This document shows positions 48,351 to 64,000 of a stretch of 64,000 nucleotides of DNA, piece after piece. The translations under genes were made by a program, and so were the position numbers. This stretch comes from the human T2T-CHM13v2.0 reference genome, Homo sapiens. The stretch is from NCBI RefSeq assembly GCF_009914755.1, contig NC_060947.1; one strand, 5' to 3'. Each line of letters opens with the position of its first letter. Position 1 is the first letter of the stretch. The notes under the pieces were generated by a model. It had not been told where the DNA came from. It ran no database searches and saw only the letters and a program-made list of their open reading frames with translations.

Positions 48351-49118
48351 TTTATGTCTTATTTTTGAATCTGGGTCATGGGCACATAGCTGTTTGTCGT
48401 ATTACTGTTCATACCTTTTGTAGGTGTGAAATATGATTTTTTAAAACCTTTGAATTGCCTAGGCTCATGTCTGTTCTAAGAGGGAGCATGACACAATACT
48501 ACATTCATAGAAGGCTTACTAAACACTTGTGGAATTGAACTAACTGGATCTAGCCCTCCTACATGTATTCTTTGTTAACTTGGCCTTAGAGAAAGCAACA
48601 GATGCTCTTCTAATTAGGGAGGTTAGTCTGGTTACAAATATAAATAAGAGTTAAGCTGGAACAAAGGCTATGCCTAGGAAAAATGCCTTCATTCCTTTAT
48701 TCATTAACTCGACAAATATTGAGGACTACTGTGAACTTAGCACCGTGCTAAAAGTTGAAAAGCCATAGGAGGTATCATATAAACAAAGTTCTATCTCTTC
48801 CATTGAGAAATTGAAAGTCTGGTGGAGAAGATGAGCTGCTCTCGCCTACCTGTGATTTAATGGGCAGAATGCCACAGGATAGGCATGGTGTGCCATGAAA
48901 GCTCCAAGCAGATGTGCTCTCTGCCCAGCATATGGATACTGATGCATGCCTGGAGAGTTTAATAGAGGAGCTGAGATTACAGCAGTTTCCACACTGTTAC
49001 CATCTAAAATGGCAATCTGCTCTCATTGCTCCCTAGCCTATGGGGGATTGGGTCGTCATTAAATTAGATTTCTGAGGTTTTTCTGTATCCAAGAAGGAGG
49101 ACAATGCAAGGCCACATT

Positions 49119-49136
49119 TGGCGCCATCTAGTGCTT
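49119..49136 (-). promoter_or_regulatory. CTCF-like motif, with an adjacent YY1 core (CAAGATGGC, 49144-49152)
   Basis: Minus strand AAGCACTAGATGGCGCCA. Confidence 0.45.
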
Positions 49137-49215
49137 AATGAGTGCCATCTTGGATGGCCCCCAAAAGCAAAGAGTCAAGGGCTCCAGCGTGATATTTTAA
49201 AAGTTTCTCTGACCT

Positions 49216-49625
<410 letters not shown>

Positions 49626-50019
49626 TTACCTCTTCCTTGATCTGGCCTATTTCAGCTCAGCCTGGGGCTATACCGTGATGTGGGTAACTAGATTCTTCAT
49701 CCATAAAATGGGGATAATTAAACAAATTGACATACATAAAGTAGTTAAAACAATACTTGGCACATAGTAAGCACTGTTAACGGTGTGCCCACCTAACTAT
49801 TAGGTTAATGTCAGGATTAAGCAGTCAAGCAGTACCCCAGTTCCAATGAAGTCCACCAAGGAATCTGCATCTCAAAAAGTTGACTCTGTGGGGGTCAAAG
49901 CTTCTGTTTGGGAAGAGGAGCTGGTACTCAACACCAAGGCCTATAAATTTCACGAATGTGCACTCATAGCCTAGAAAAGGAGGCTGGGACAGGGATGCCC
50001 CCACCCATTCCAGTGAATT

Positions 50020-50845
50020 ACTCTCACTAAGATCACCAATAAACCAATAACCTTCTTGTTGGTAAATTCAGTGGATGATTTTCAGCCTTTATCTTCTCTG
50101 ACCTTTTTCTTTTAGCAGGTGGCATGGGCACTGTTGAGCCTTCCTTTTCTCCTTCATGAGACACTCCCTTGGCTTACAAGATACCACACTCTCCAGGTTT
50201 TCCTTCCCCTCTGGCCAGCCCTGACACTTATTTGCACACACTTCTTCCTCCATCCATCTCTCAATTCTGCTGGTGACCCTCAAGAGTCTTTCCTAGGAAG
50301 CCTTCTCTTCTCACTAGCCATATTCTCCCCTGGGCAATCTTATCCACACCTATGACTCCATTGACCCATATGCTGATGACTTCTAAATCTAGCCCAGATC
50401 TCTCTTCTGAACTCCATACCCATAGATCTGGCTGTCAACCAGACATTTTCACATAGATGTTTTATAAGCACCCCAAACTCTACATGGTCCTAATTCAACT
50501 TACCATCCCAGCTCACCTCCACAGACAAAAGATCTTGCTCCTCCTCCTATGTTCCCTACCCCTATCTCCCACTTCACCTACTTCTGATTGATGTGTACGT
50601 AGTTCTACTCCGAGATTATACCCTGTATGCATACACTTATTTGTTTCCACTATCACTACCCTAATCCAGGCCACCGTCATCTCTCGCCTACAACAGCTTT
50701 CTAATGGGTCGCCTTCCTTCTTGCTTTTTCCCCCTCCAGTCTACGTCTCACGCTAAAGCTAGAAGGAGTTTTCTGAAATAGTAAAGATGATCAGGTCATT
50801 TCCTATGCTTAAAACCTTTTGACAACTCCTCACAGTCTTTAGGTA
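50020..50845 (+). mobile_element. L2
   Basis: Extended L2 body motifs (gataccacactctccagg; tatgctgatgac; cccagatctctct). Confidence 0.75.
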
Positions 50846-50914
50846 ATAATAATTATAGCTTATATTTATATAGTACTTAATATGTATCAGGCATTCCTCT
50901 GGGATATATATATA

Positions 50915-51165
50915 TATACATATAGCCAACAACCAACGAAGAACTGAAGACTGGAACAGCTATGTGTAGGAGCTTGGAACTGGATCATCGAGCCCCAGTC
51001 AAACCTTGAGATTAATGCCCTGGTCAACAGGATGATTGCACCTTGAACAAGAACTATCCAAATAAAGCACTCCCAGATTCCTGATCCTTAGAAACAGATA
51101 ATAAATATTTGTTGTTTTAAGCTGCCAAGTTTTGGGGAAAATTGTTACACAGCAATAGATAACAT
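50915..51165 (+). mobile_element. MLT1 LTR 3' part
   Basis: ttgttgttttaagctgccaagttttgggg...ttgttacacagcaatagataac. Confidence 0.7.
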
Positions 51166-51964
51166 ATCACTGTAGTATATTACCTCTAACTTCATTTATT
51201 TATTCATTCAACCAACCAAAAACTATTTAACGAGTACCAAATAAGTGCCAGGCACCATGTTACATACTGAAAACTATTTCTCTGTCCACCCTCTCTTACC
51301 TTTGTCTCTCTACATAACAGTGAAAAGGAAATATCTCCCAATCCCAAAAGGTGACATGAGTTCTCATGTTTCTGTGCTTCTGTGCTGCCAGAGCTCTCTT
51401 TTGCCTCTTTCTCAGCCTGGCTACCTCCCACTCTTTCTTAAAGTTGGGTTCCTGTATCACCACCTGTCTCAGTCATGCCACCACCTTCTACTCTATTAGC
51501 ATTCTGTATATACCTCTCTTATATCATTTAACTCACCAGAGCATAATAGACTCTTTCCTTGTCCAACCAAACTGAACCTTGGAGGGGGAACTATATCTTA
51601 CTGATCTACGTGTTCCCAGTGTGTGCTTCAGGGTATGTGGAATGAATGAACCAATGGATGAGAGAATGTAAGCTCTTGGGATGGCAGTGATCTTTGTCTT
51701 CTTGTTTAGTGATGTATCCCAAATGCCTGACACAGTGCCTGGTACATAGTCAGTGTTCAATAAGTATCTTTTGCATGTTTTTGAAGATTTAATGAAGAAA
51801 CAAATAAATGAGTACAAAGCAAGTCACCTCATGTTGTCTTCCCACTATCTCACCCAAGCCTATCTTTCTTTAGGCAATGCCCAGTGTTCTAGTAGTATTC
51901 ATCTCATCCTTCCTGTCTTTTAAAAATGCATTCTTTACAAAGGACTAATCTTCTTTTGTTCTAT

Positions 51965-52410
51965 TTTTATTTATTTATTTACATTGTATTTTGTTTGTAA
52001 TTGATATCTTAATTGTACATATTTATGGGGTACAGTGTGGGGTTTCAATACATTGTGTATATATTACATAATGATCAAATCAGAGTAATTAGCATATTTC
52101 TCACTTCAAACACTTGTCATTTCTTTGTAGTAAGAGCATTCAAAATTTTCTTTTCTAGCTATTTTGAAATATATAATATGTTATTGTTAACTGTAGTCAC
52201 CCCACTGTGCTGTAGAACACCAGAACTTATTCCTCCTAACTGTAACTTTGTACCCACTGACCAACCTCTCCCCATTCCCCTCTCCGCAATCTCATTACTC
52301 ACAATTTTTCTCACTACTTCTGTGAGATAAACTTTTTTATATTCCATATATGAGTGACATCATGGAAGTATTTGGCCTTCCATGCTTGGCTTATTTCACT
52401 TAACATAATG
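51965..52410 (-). mobile_element. L1MA 3' end
   Basis: aattgtacatatttatggggtaca...ttatttcacttaacataatg. Confidence 0.75.
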
Positions 52411-52439
52411 AAAAGACTAATATTCTTAATTTGTAATTA

Positions 52440-53370
52440 TTAAGCATCTCATGCCTGTACCAAAACATTTCATGTACCCCATAAATATACACAGCTATAT
52501 ATCCAAAGAAATTAAATTTAAAAATTAAAAAAATAAAAATTTAAAGGGTTAAAAAAATATATAAAGAGCTCCTGGAAACTAAGTAGGAAAAGATTGACAA
52601 TACAATGGAAAAATGAGCAAAGGACATGAACAGAGTGTCCATAGAAAATGAAATTAAAACAGCCCTTGAACATCTGAAAAGGCACTCAACCACACTCACA
52701 AGTATAAACTAAAACCAAATATACACAGCATTTCCCTCCTGTTAGGTTTGCCAGAATCCGAAAGTTTGGCAACACTCAGTTGTAAAGTAGTGGGGGAAAT
52801 GAGCACTCTCATACATTGCTGTTGGGAATGCAAAAGTGTATAATACAACCACCACAGAGGGCAATTTGTCAATATTTGTTAATATTTCTAAAAGTATTTA
52901 CCTTTCTGGTTTTTTATCTTACAGGCTGACTTTCACACTTCAGGAAGCACCTCATGTGCAGGATTATTCCTTGCAGTATTGTTTATAATAGTGAAAGGTT
53001 GGAAACAACCCAAGTGTCCATCTATAGGGAACTGAATAAATAAACAATGGTACATTCATGCAATGTAATGTTACGCAGTTGTTTAAAAAAATGGTTGAGG
53101 AAACTGTGTCTGTACTGATATTGAAATATCTCCATGATATATACTACATTGAAGGAGGAAAATATGGAAGACTCGTGTACATATCTGTACAAATAATAAA
53201 AAGTTATACAAGAAGTTAATGAAAGTGGTTACCTACTAGAGGCAAGGGGATTGAACAAAAAAAACAGGTAAATTAAGACAGAGGAGGAGAAAGACTTCTT
53301 AATGTATTCCTTTTACATAGTTTCGAATTTTGAATCACTTAAATGTACTGCTTATTTGAAAACATTACAT
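52440..53370 (+). mobile_element. L1 fragments (short L1 3' end, then an old L1ME/MC piece)
   Basis: catgtaccccataaatatac; aaggacatgaacag; ggaaacaacccaagtgtccatc. Confidence 0.6.
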
Positions 53371-53504
53371 TGTGAGACAAACATCCCTTCTTTTTATACA
53401 TTTGAAGAGACAAACTTATTCCCTGAAACAAAGTAATGTGCTTCTCCAGGGACACTTGCATCCAAACAGGGAATTAAAACGAAAGCCAAAGAAATCAAAC
53501 ATGA

Positions 53505-53876
<372 letters not shown>

Positions 53877-55221
53877 TGAAACTTTATTCCCATTGTAACT
53901 TGACTCAGGCCTTCCATTTCCTGAGCGTGGCCTCTGCTCTGATCCCGTTTGCCACCCTGTCCGTACATTCAGCAAACAGAACTGAGAAGCTAGGTTCCTC
54001 TAACCCAGAGCTAACACCAGGCCCCCAGTTGTCCCAATATTCACAAATGCTAACTGTAGCTGGTCAAATAAATTTCTTTTATAAATGGAGAATCGAGGCC
54101 TTTTGAAGAAATATATGTGGAATTGAAATGTAGAAAGGTGCGCTCTGCCTTCCAGAAACAGAAAATAAAAAGATAGGAAAAGAAAAAAGCTATAGCTATT
54201 GACACCAAAGCCTGAGCAATTTATTTGCTGCAAATCCCATAATCACAAACATTTCAGAGCTGTAATTCTGCCTGATTACCCTGTGCTGTCAGGGGGGTGG
54301 AAAAACCCAGAAGATTAATGTTTTGTATGGCAATAAGGCGGCAGGCCTGCAACTCTGAGCTTATCGCCCATGAATCAGGAGCCGGGCTGAGAAGCTTCAG
54401 GAGACAGCAGCATTTTATAATGATTTTTTTATGGAAAGAATGCTGTCAAGCCCAGATTCATTAGTTTCTACCAACACTGGTTTCTTCAGCAGACAGTCAG
54501 GCCAAATCTCCCTGTGCACAACCCCCCTTCTCCAGTTTATTCTGTGGCATCAGAGTATCTGGGGCGGGTGGTATATGTACATAAGGGGCAGGGTTGGTTG
54601 AAAAGGGAGAAACCACTTCGAGTGTGAGCTTTAGCTTCTAACCTTCTGTTAAAAGGCTGGTGCTTCAGGAACTGCTGTAAAGCTACTAAAATGGGAAGCC
54701 AGCTTCAGATAGTTGTTTCTAGTTCTTTCATAAGGCACATTAGGAAAGGGTGGCCCATTTAAGACAAGGACTACTGTTCGGTTGACCTATCTGTTGACCC
54801 AAAGCATTTCCACTCTAGCACCCAGAATTTAAGTACAACCTTTATACATCTTCCTATTTAAATAGTAATACTATCCAAAATTTCAATGTAGAGCTATACT
54901 ACATATAAGCTGTGTGACTCTGGAAAAGTTACTTAACCTCTCTGAGGCTCAAATTATCTATAAAATGGGGATAATAATATTTATCTAAGAAGACTGTCGT
55001 GAGGATAAAATGAGATGAAGTTATGCATGAAGAATGCCTGACACTCATTAAATAGCCTTCATTATTCAAGATATCATGGTTCAGAAATTAACTTCACCAT
55101 TTACTAAACAAGTTACCTTGGGCAAGTTACCTAATTTCTCTAAATGTCAGTTTCCACATCTGTAAAATGAAGAGGAAAATCTTCATGACTCTATGAGGTA
55201 GGTACCATTAATCACAAGTTA

Positions 55222-55623
<402 letters not shown>

Positions 55624-55633
55624 TTAGACATAA

Positions 55634-56070
<437 letters not shown>

Positions 56071-57254
56071 GAATTTGTTTTTCAAAATAAAGTGTTTTGT
56101 TTTTTTTTTCTGAAAAAAAAATCATCTCCCCCACCCTCCACCAATCTCTCTCTCTCTCTCGCTCAAAATCTATGACTCCACACTCCTTAGTCGTGTAGGC
56201 TATCTGTCCTCTTCACATTTTGCCAGCATCATCTGCTGTCCCTTTCCCCAGTGCTACTGCTTAGACAGGAAGTCCCTTGAGTTCTCATGCCTGAACATGC
56301 AACAATATTTATACTATTCTTATTATACTACCATTTATAATATTATTTATCCTATTTATTGAGCACTTGCCATGTGCTAAGCACCTTACATGTGTTATCT
56401 ACACCAGTCTACAGGCTCCATGGTGAGCAAGACCATCATTCTTATCTATTTACTTCTCTCCTCCCAGTGTCTAGCACAGTGCTTGGCACATGGCCGGCCC
56501 TGAATACATATTTTTGATGCGTGAATGAATCTAATCCTCACTACAATTCTATGAGATAGGTGTAACTATTGTTTCCATTTTACAGAAAAGAAACCAAGGC
56601 TCAGATACATTAAGTCATAAAATTTGTAAGTTTGAGCCTCAGACACCAGCATGTCTGACACCGTAGGCTCAGCTTGGAGCCCTTCCCTTGTCCACCTTAC
56701 TTTCCCTAATACATACCATTACTTCTCATGCCTTCAGTCCTCTGCACATGTTGCCTGGAATGTCCTTTTCTCTGTGTCCATCTGATAAATTCATCCTTCA
56801 AAACTACTCTACTTTTTGTATTATTCTTAAAAATATTTATGGTGGCTTTCAAAATGCATAAAATGGGAAGAAAAAATACAAAATCATGGCAAAAAATACT
56901 CAGGGTAAGGAAAAGGAACAAAAATCCAGGGGAAGGACAAGATTCACCTAGAAAAATGCCTGCCAAAAGATTCTTCCAATGCTAGAGACGTAGACCACAA
57001 ATATATTTCTAAGCTTTCCGGCAGCCAATGCAAAGATAGAAATCTGATTAGTTACAGGATTCACAGCATCCATAAGTTTAAAAAATACCCTCCCCACTTT
57101 AAGAGCTCAGGGTTTTTTTTTCCTGATATTTGAGAGAAATATCTTCAGAAGATTCCCAGAAAAGAGGGTACCATAAGATGTAGTAGATGGCAATCTTTAC
57201 AACAGTCTTACAATGAATTTGATAGCAAATTGCTTTTTAAAATATCTTTCATTG

Positions 57255-57365
57255 CAGGCTAGAGTGAGCTGTGATCATGCCACCGCACTCCATCCTGGGC
57301 AATGGGAGTGAGACCCCATCTGAAAAACAAAAACAAAAACAAAAAAAAATGAAAAAAAAAAACAA
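57255..57365 (+). mobile_element. Alu 3' fragment
   Basis: gtgagctgtgatcatgccaccgcactcc... followed by an A-rich tail. Confidence 0.7.
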
Positions 57366-57832
57366 AGGCCCTCAATAGGGCCCTTCTTTGTTCCCGTAAT
57401 GCCTTATCCTTCCTTCTATCAGGCTCTGCATTGTAGTTCTTATATATCTGTATTCTGTCAGACTGAGAGCTTTTTGAGGACAGGTAGCATACCTTGACTA
57501 TCCCTGATATCCCTTGTGCCTCAATTCCCTTATCTATAAAATGGAGACGATAATGGCACTTACTGCCTTGGGTTGTTAAGATGAGTAAATGAGTTAATGT
57601 GGGAAAAATGCTTGGGACAGTACCTAGTGCATGGTGATGACACAGTAAGTATTAGAATTATTTTATCTTCAGCAAATACAATGTCTGGCATCAGGCATTC
57701 AATCAATAGGTACTAGATGAATGCATACATAGATCAATGCATAAGCCTATGATGGAAGCTGGTGAACTCTCTTTTCCTAGAGAGCACTTAAACTATGGAA
57801 GAAAACCATTAGTGACCATTACTGTTAATTTG

Positions 57833-58141
57833 TTTTTTGTCTTTTGCTTTTTTTTTTGAGATGGAATGTCTCACTCTGTCACCCACGCTGGAGTGCAGTG
57901 ATGTGATCTCGGCTCCCTGCAACCTCTGCCTCCCGGGTTCAAGAGATTCTCCTGCCTCAGCCTCCCGAGTAGCTGGGATTACAGGTATGTACCACCACGC
58001 CCAGCTAATTTTTGTATTTTTAGTAGAGATTGGGTTTCGCCATGTTGACCAGGCTGGTCTCAAACTCCTGACCTCAAGTGATCCGCCCCCTTCGGCCTCC
58101 CAAATGCTGGGATTACAGGCATGAGCCACTATGCCTGGCCC
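57833..58141 (-). mobile_element. Alu (AluS)
   Basis: TSD ccatta(ct/gc)gttaatttg at 57816-57832 and 58142-58158. Confidence 0.92.
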
Positions 58142-58460
58142 CCATTAGCGTTAATTTGCTTAACCCCCTTAAGCCTTTACTCAAAGATAACTTTTCGGTG
58201 AGGCTTTCTCCAACCCCAGTACCTCAAAACATTTCCTATATCTCCTTCCCTGCTTTATATTTTGCCTTGGCCCTTGACCCTATCTAAGATACTACAAGTT
58301 TAATTATTTATCATGTTTATTCCTGCCTTTCCAATTAAAATGTAAGCTTCCAAAAGCCAGGGATTTTGTTTGTTTCTGGAGAAAGACCTGGTAAATAGTA
58401 GATTATCAATAAAATTGATTGAATTGAATGCATAATCATATGGAAACAGGGCAGGGCAGT

Positions 58461-58833
58461 GCAGGGACTAGGATAGGGCAAGCTCTCAGGGTAGTGTGCT
58501 GAGCCTACATTTGCATGGTCTCAGAGTAAATGCCTCCTTAAAATTTGCAGCCGAGGCACCTCCTTGCTCACCCCAGTCCCAGCCCTGAAGCAGGGAATAG
58601 ACCAGATCACCTAGTGAGATCTGTCTACTCCCAGGCAGTGGCATGCTGGTAGATGTTTATCAACCAGCTCTTTTAGGTTGGTAAGGTGGGGGAAGCCTTG
58701 ATTTGTAATGTTTGCCAATATTCCCATCATGGCCAATTTCAAGCTATCAACAGAATGTTTATGAACAGAGTTGGGAAGAGATGTGCCCAGTGGGCTCTTG
58801 TGAGCTGGTACAAGTTGGCTCTAGCGCACCACT
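58461..58833. mobile_element. hAT MITEs: MER96-like (58461-58587) and MER63-like (58636-58833)
   Basis: Terminal inverted repeats caggg...ccctg and cagtgg...ccactg; family names are from recall. Confidence 0.55.
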
Positions 58834-61800
58834 GAACAGGATTCTTTTTTTAAAAAAAAATAATTACCTTGTTTTTATTAATCTTTCTTAAATGTGTATA
58901 TAGCTCACATTTATTTCAGGGTTTACCACTAGAAGTGTTTTGGTCTTTATTTAGAAGTTTGGCAATGTTTTGTGACCACAAATATGCTATAGAAACTTAA
59001 GTTGGTTTCATTATACATTGTTTCACATAAAGTTTCCAAGAACCTATCGAGGCTGTTAGTGAGGACTTACTGTACATCTTGACATGGGAGAATTGGGCAT
59101 TAGGCATGAGCATGTGCCACTGCAGCAGGTGGTGGGCCGCTTAGGAGTCTGGATTACCAATTTCATCTGAACTCTTGGGCAGTCTTGAACTTTTGCTAAA
59201 TGCAACCAGGGCCAGCATAAAAAACAAAAACTGCAAAGAGGAATTAAGAATAATGAGGGGATTAGCATTACCCATTTTCACCACTAAAATATATCCCAGA
59301 AGCGCATTATTCTGAATGGAGGGCAAGTAGTATCACTTTCAGGTTATGAGGGATAACAGAAAGGAAACTTCTGTTTTCCAAGGACTATGTGCCAATCCCT
59401 CTGCCAAGCACATACTCCTATAAAGTAGGTACTTCTACAATCCCCATTTTAAACAGATGAGGAAACTGAAGCCTAAATACAATAGATAATTTGCCCAAGA
59501 TCACACATGCAGCAATGGCAAACCAGGATTCAAGTGGAAGCATATTTGATTCCAAGGCCCATGTACTTTTTCTTACATAGCATCATACTGTGCTATGGCA
59601 TGAATATGGTGACATCTCCACAGGTATGGATTGAGAAACTTCTGTAGGCCCAGACATGTGTCACAGGCTGTATTTCATGAATTCCCTTCTCTGCATCTGG
59701 CCAAACCTGCACTTGTTCCAGAAGACAGGGGAAGTGGCTGTCTTATTCACCTCTCTATGCTCAGTGACCAGCATGGTGCCTGGTGGACAGAAGGCATTCA
59801 ATAAATAGTTGTTTGAAGATGAAAGGAATAAAAAAAGAAATGAAGTAAATTGGAAAAAGGAAAGAATTTTTGTCCCATGGATATTGTTTGTGTTTATGGA
59901 TCACTCAAGAAGACTTTAGACACAAAATTTGCATAGATACTCCTAAGCAAATTATTTCCAACTTCCATTAATTAATTGCCAGCAGTGGATTCCTTTTTAT
60001 TTGTTATGCCAGAGATCATGAAAGCATGGAATCTGGGATAGATTCTGGAATTATCTTCACTGTAGATTGGCTTTCCTAACTGTTGTGTGCTTTGGCCGTG
60101 AGTCCCATCAGTCGGTACTCTCTGTGCCCATTCCAGTGTGCGTAAATGACTGGCAGCATTCAGGGATAACTTGAGTGTCAGAAGAAAAGGGCTCAGGCTT
60201 CAAAATCTCCATGGCTAATCTGTAAAGTAGGCAATCCTTCCGCAGATAATTGAACAGTGACTAGATTTAGTTACTGGCTAAATCTCAGGGGTCTTCCACT
60301 CAGTACCCTTACCCAGATATATTTCGTGAGATTTTCAAAAACAGATACAGACATGGTCTCTGGTTGTAAATTTCCCTCCTCTCTCTCTTTTCTGCTCATG
60401 AACATAACCAGTGCCAGGCCAAAGGTTGCCCAAGCTTAAATATTCTGGGCTGATTCAATGCCTGGGGATGTATGTTCTGATGCCTTCTACAGAGGTGGCC
60501 TGCTGAATGCATTTCGGAGATGCGTTTTGCTTGGAATGCTTAATATTTGGACATTATTTTTCAGTTAATTGACAGCATAAAAAAGCAAAGGAGATTCTGC
60601 ATCAGTTCTTTTGATTTCTCTTGAAAACTTGGAGGCTCTAGGCATGCAGACTGACACACAGCAACATTGGGCTGGAGCTGAGTAGTGGCTGCCCTGTTCG
60701 AACAGAATGTGCATTCACTCCCTGATTCACCTCTGCCGCACCATCTACTCTTATCTGCCCAGCAGTAAGGCAGGCTGTCAGTTGCAGTTTGTTATCTCCC
60801 TTTGTGCAGCTATTTCATAATTTGGATGGGCATATGCTCTGTAGTTTGCCACAGAGAGAAGCCCACCACACCCACTAGACTGATTTCAGTTGCCTACCTG
60901 GCTCCTGTAATCACTATGTCTGTGTTTGAGCCTCTCATCCCTACTCTAAGGGGACAAAGCTGGTCTTAGGCATAGGCAGAGCTCGTAGCTGCCAGCACAG
61001 ATCGGTAGGAAAAGTTGCCAACAGAAAGCCCGCATGCCTCAAAAATAGCTCCCTGGCCTGGTAACCTGCCTGCCTGAAATTCACACTATCAGTCACTTCT
61101 TGGGTTAAAGAGCTTAGTCTTCCCCTTCTCAAAGTGAAAACATATTACTTTGGAGAGGCAAACCATTATCCTGTGATGCTAGTTCCTGGGAACATGAGGG
61201 GAAAGGGTCTACTTTAGCAGCATCTCAAAAAGCATTGGGACTGCTGACACTGGCTCAGGTTACTTCTCTAGTCTCCAGCAAAGGAGAGAGGCAGAGAACA
61301 AGTAAGGACACAGGACAAGTAAGTTTGCTGAGGGGAAGCCACAGAGAAGGGCTCAGAGCCTGACAGCACACCCAGGAAGGGCAAGGCCTGGTGGCCAGCA
61401 CTGGGGTCCTGTGGATAGGTGAGGGATAGAAGGCATTGCTCCAAAGGAGAGAGAAGTACAGAAGAGCATCAGCCTTTTGTGGCCAGTGGGCCCTTCAGAG
61501 AAAGAATGAATTTGTTCTTTAGAAAGGATTGCTTGGTTGGGTATAACTCACAGGTGGTGTGAAGGCCGGAACTCTATAAACAGATCCTCCTGCAGTTACC
61601 AGAGGCTATTTTTGCTCCTCGCAACATCATGTGCCGGGCAGACAGTGGCCCTGTTGGAATGCACAGAGAGCAAAGCAACACTGCAATTGGTAGCTCCCCA
61701 GGGAGAGGGCTTTTTTATTTTAATTTTTTCCATTTCCAGCACACTCTACACTGGTGCTTCACCATTCCCACCCCAGAAACCTAGCATTTATTAGCTACAA

Positions 61801-62024
61801 CCCCTCCCCAGCAGCCTGGGGCCCTAAGTGTTCCATGTAAACCTCAGGCAAGCAAGACTCTCCCAACACCAGGGAACCGCCAAAACTAGCTTATCCACTG
61901 TTCCCAGCCCTGCTTCTCCAGACACCAGATGGATTCCAGGACTCTCCTGGTTCCTTTGCTTCCACTGCTCACAGGACATCCCACATGGCAAGAGGGGAGG
62001 CAGAGGAGAAAATGAGGGAAGTTT

Positions 62025-62335
62025 ACTGGGCACAGTAGCTCACTTTTCTGTAATCCTAGCACTCTGGGAGGCCAAGATGGGAGGATTGCTTGAGCTCAGG
62101 AGTTCAAGGCCAGCCTGGGCAGTATGGTGAAACCCCCATCTCTACAAAAAATACAAAAAATTAGCTGGGCATGGTGGCACACACCTTTAGTCCTAGCTAC
62201 TTAGAAGGCTGAGGTTAAAGGATCACCTAAGCTGGGGGAGGTTGAGGCTACAGTGAGCCATGATCACACCACTGCACTCTATCTGGGAGACACAGTGAGA
62301 CCCTGTCTCAAAAATAAAATAGAAATAAAAATAAA
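62025..62335 (+). mobile_element. AluJ-like
   Basis: 16-bp TSD agaaaatgagggaagt (62007-62022 and 62336-62351). Confidence 0.92.
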
Positions 62336-63514
62336 AGAAAATGAGGGAAGTAGAGGCAGGTGATAGGAGGGATCATGAAAGGCAGGGGAAGGACTTTGTC
62401 TACCTTCATATTTTACTCTGACTCTTCCCCCTCTTACTGACTTCCAGCACAGGCTGTGTCCCCTGTGCCTCTCCAAGAGCTTCCCAACCTCCATTTGCAC
62501 ACCATTGTTCAGGGGCCTAGCTCTTTCCTCCAAGTTGCCTCCTACTACCTAGACACAGGCTGCATCATGCTGATTTACAGATTAGTCAGATGAAGACTCA
62601 ACACCCACCTCCCCTCAGCCTTGGCAGCTTGCGTTGCCATGAGAGTGACAAGAAGGGTGGAAATACTTATTATCTACTTTATTTTATATTGAAGCCAATC
62701 CTCCCAGGGCCTACACTATTCCTCTCCAGCAGAGGTAGGAACTTGGAGAGACTGCATGAACTTTTCAGGCCGCTAGGAGTATTTGGAAGGTAATAATTTA
62801 CTAAAGTCAGCCCTTGATTCCTCCCGTGACTTATCCACTTTGCGGATTATCTGTGGGTAATGCTTTTCTCTAAGCTGGCCTCCCCTGCCTTCCAGTGAGT
62901 TTCTGAGCTGTCTTTTTTCCCTGCTCCCACGACACCCTGTGGATATGTGCTTGAAGAATGCACACTTGAACATTTGCCTACGCAAAATGGAAATACAGAG
63001 GAAAATTGGGTGGAGGTGGGGCAATCCTCTAGTTCTTTCCTATGTCAGCCAGAAGTGATTTGGGGTGTTTAATTAAATCTGAAACTTCTGAGTGCATAGT
63101 ATGCACAAAGGTGCTAGGGTTGGTATCTGGGGAGGCAATAATTTTATTTTTTCTACTTGGTTCCTTTTTGTTCCTTGGGAGTCCCAGGGATAGAAGAGAG
63201 TAAATGTGAATGAAATGAAAATGTGATTGACCCAAAATGCAAATTATACATCATCATCATCATCACAATGATACCTAACACTCACATAGCACTTATTATA
63301 TACCAGGCAGAGTTCACAGGGCTTTATATGCATGAACTTGCTTAATCATCACCACTCTGATTCGAGATAATATTAACCCTGTTTTAAAGGCAATGAAAAC
63401 GAAATACAGAGAGATCTAGTGACTTGCCTAAGATCATGCAACTGGTACCCAGGTAACATTCATCCAGGGTTCACAGCCTTGATACTATTCTAAACTATTT
63501 CTCACTACACACAT

Positions 63515-64000
63515 TCTGTTGTTTCATTTTTCCATTGTTACAGAACTACCCCCAAACTTAATAAGTTAAAGCTGCAACCATTTTATTTGTTCATGATTCT
63601 GTGAGTCAGAAATCTCATCACAGTCTGAATGGTTTGTCTGTGATGTCCGGAGCCTCAGCTGGGATGGCTCAGACAGTTGGGGCATGATCAAGATGGCTTG
63701 ACTGGGGGTCTCTGTCTGAAACCTCAGTTCTCACTGTCTACTGAGTTCCTAGATTGTCTTCCACATGGCCTTTTTGTAATGGCTGGTTTGGGCTTCCTCA
63801 CATCATGGTGGCCTCAGAGTAGTCAGACTTCTTCTCTGGTAGCTGGCTATCTCTGAGAGAAAGAGGAAGCCTCCAGGCCTTTTAAAATCTGGGCCTGGAA
63901 CTGGCACAGCATTACTTCAGCCATATTCCACTCGGCACAGTAAGACATGAGACCAGATCAAATGCAAGAGGAGAAAAATAGATTTCACTCCTTGATGAAT
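63515..64000 (-). mobile_element. MLT1-type MaLR LTR, running off the right edge
   Basis: actacccccaaacttaat...catgattctgtgagtcag...gggcttcctcacatcatggtggc. Confidence 0.65.

Overview
This window is primate (almost certainly human) non-coding, repeat-dense genomic DNA. I see no cellular protein-coding gene, RNA gene or CRISPR array, and no convincing new biological system. Essentially all long ORFs are retroelement-derived. The main content is: (1) a minus-strand, internally deleted HERV-H provirus with LTR7Y-type LTRs (1-4673); (2) a solo LTR12 (ERV9) inserted into an Alu (8888-10221); (3) a full-length but inactivated L1PA (about 29269-35443, minus strand) with a 156-aa extended ORF0 and an attached ~510-bp unique polyadenylated segment, either a 3' transduction or a retrocopy; (4) a twin-primed, 5'-inverted L1PA (45586-47859) that shares unusual variants with the full-length copy; (5) a MIR>MST>L1PB nest, about 18 Alu copies or fragments, and many L2/MIR/L1M/MER fossils. 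The most notable unannotated signals are two locally templated insertions (a perfect 33-bp inverted copy, and a 58-bp copy carrying a neighbour's deletion junction), 5'-LTR-specific changes in the HERV-H promoter, and an oriented set of CTCF-like motifs. Subfamily names come from my recall of consensus sequences, not from a database search.
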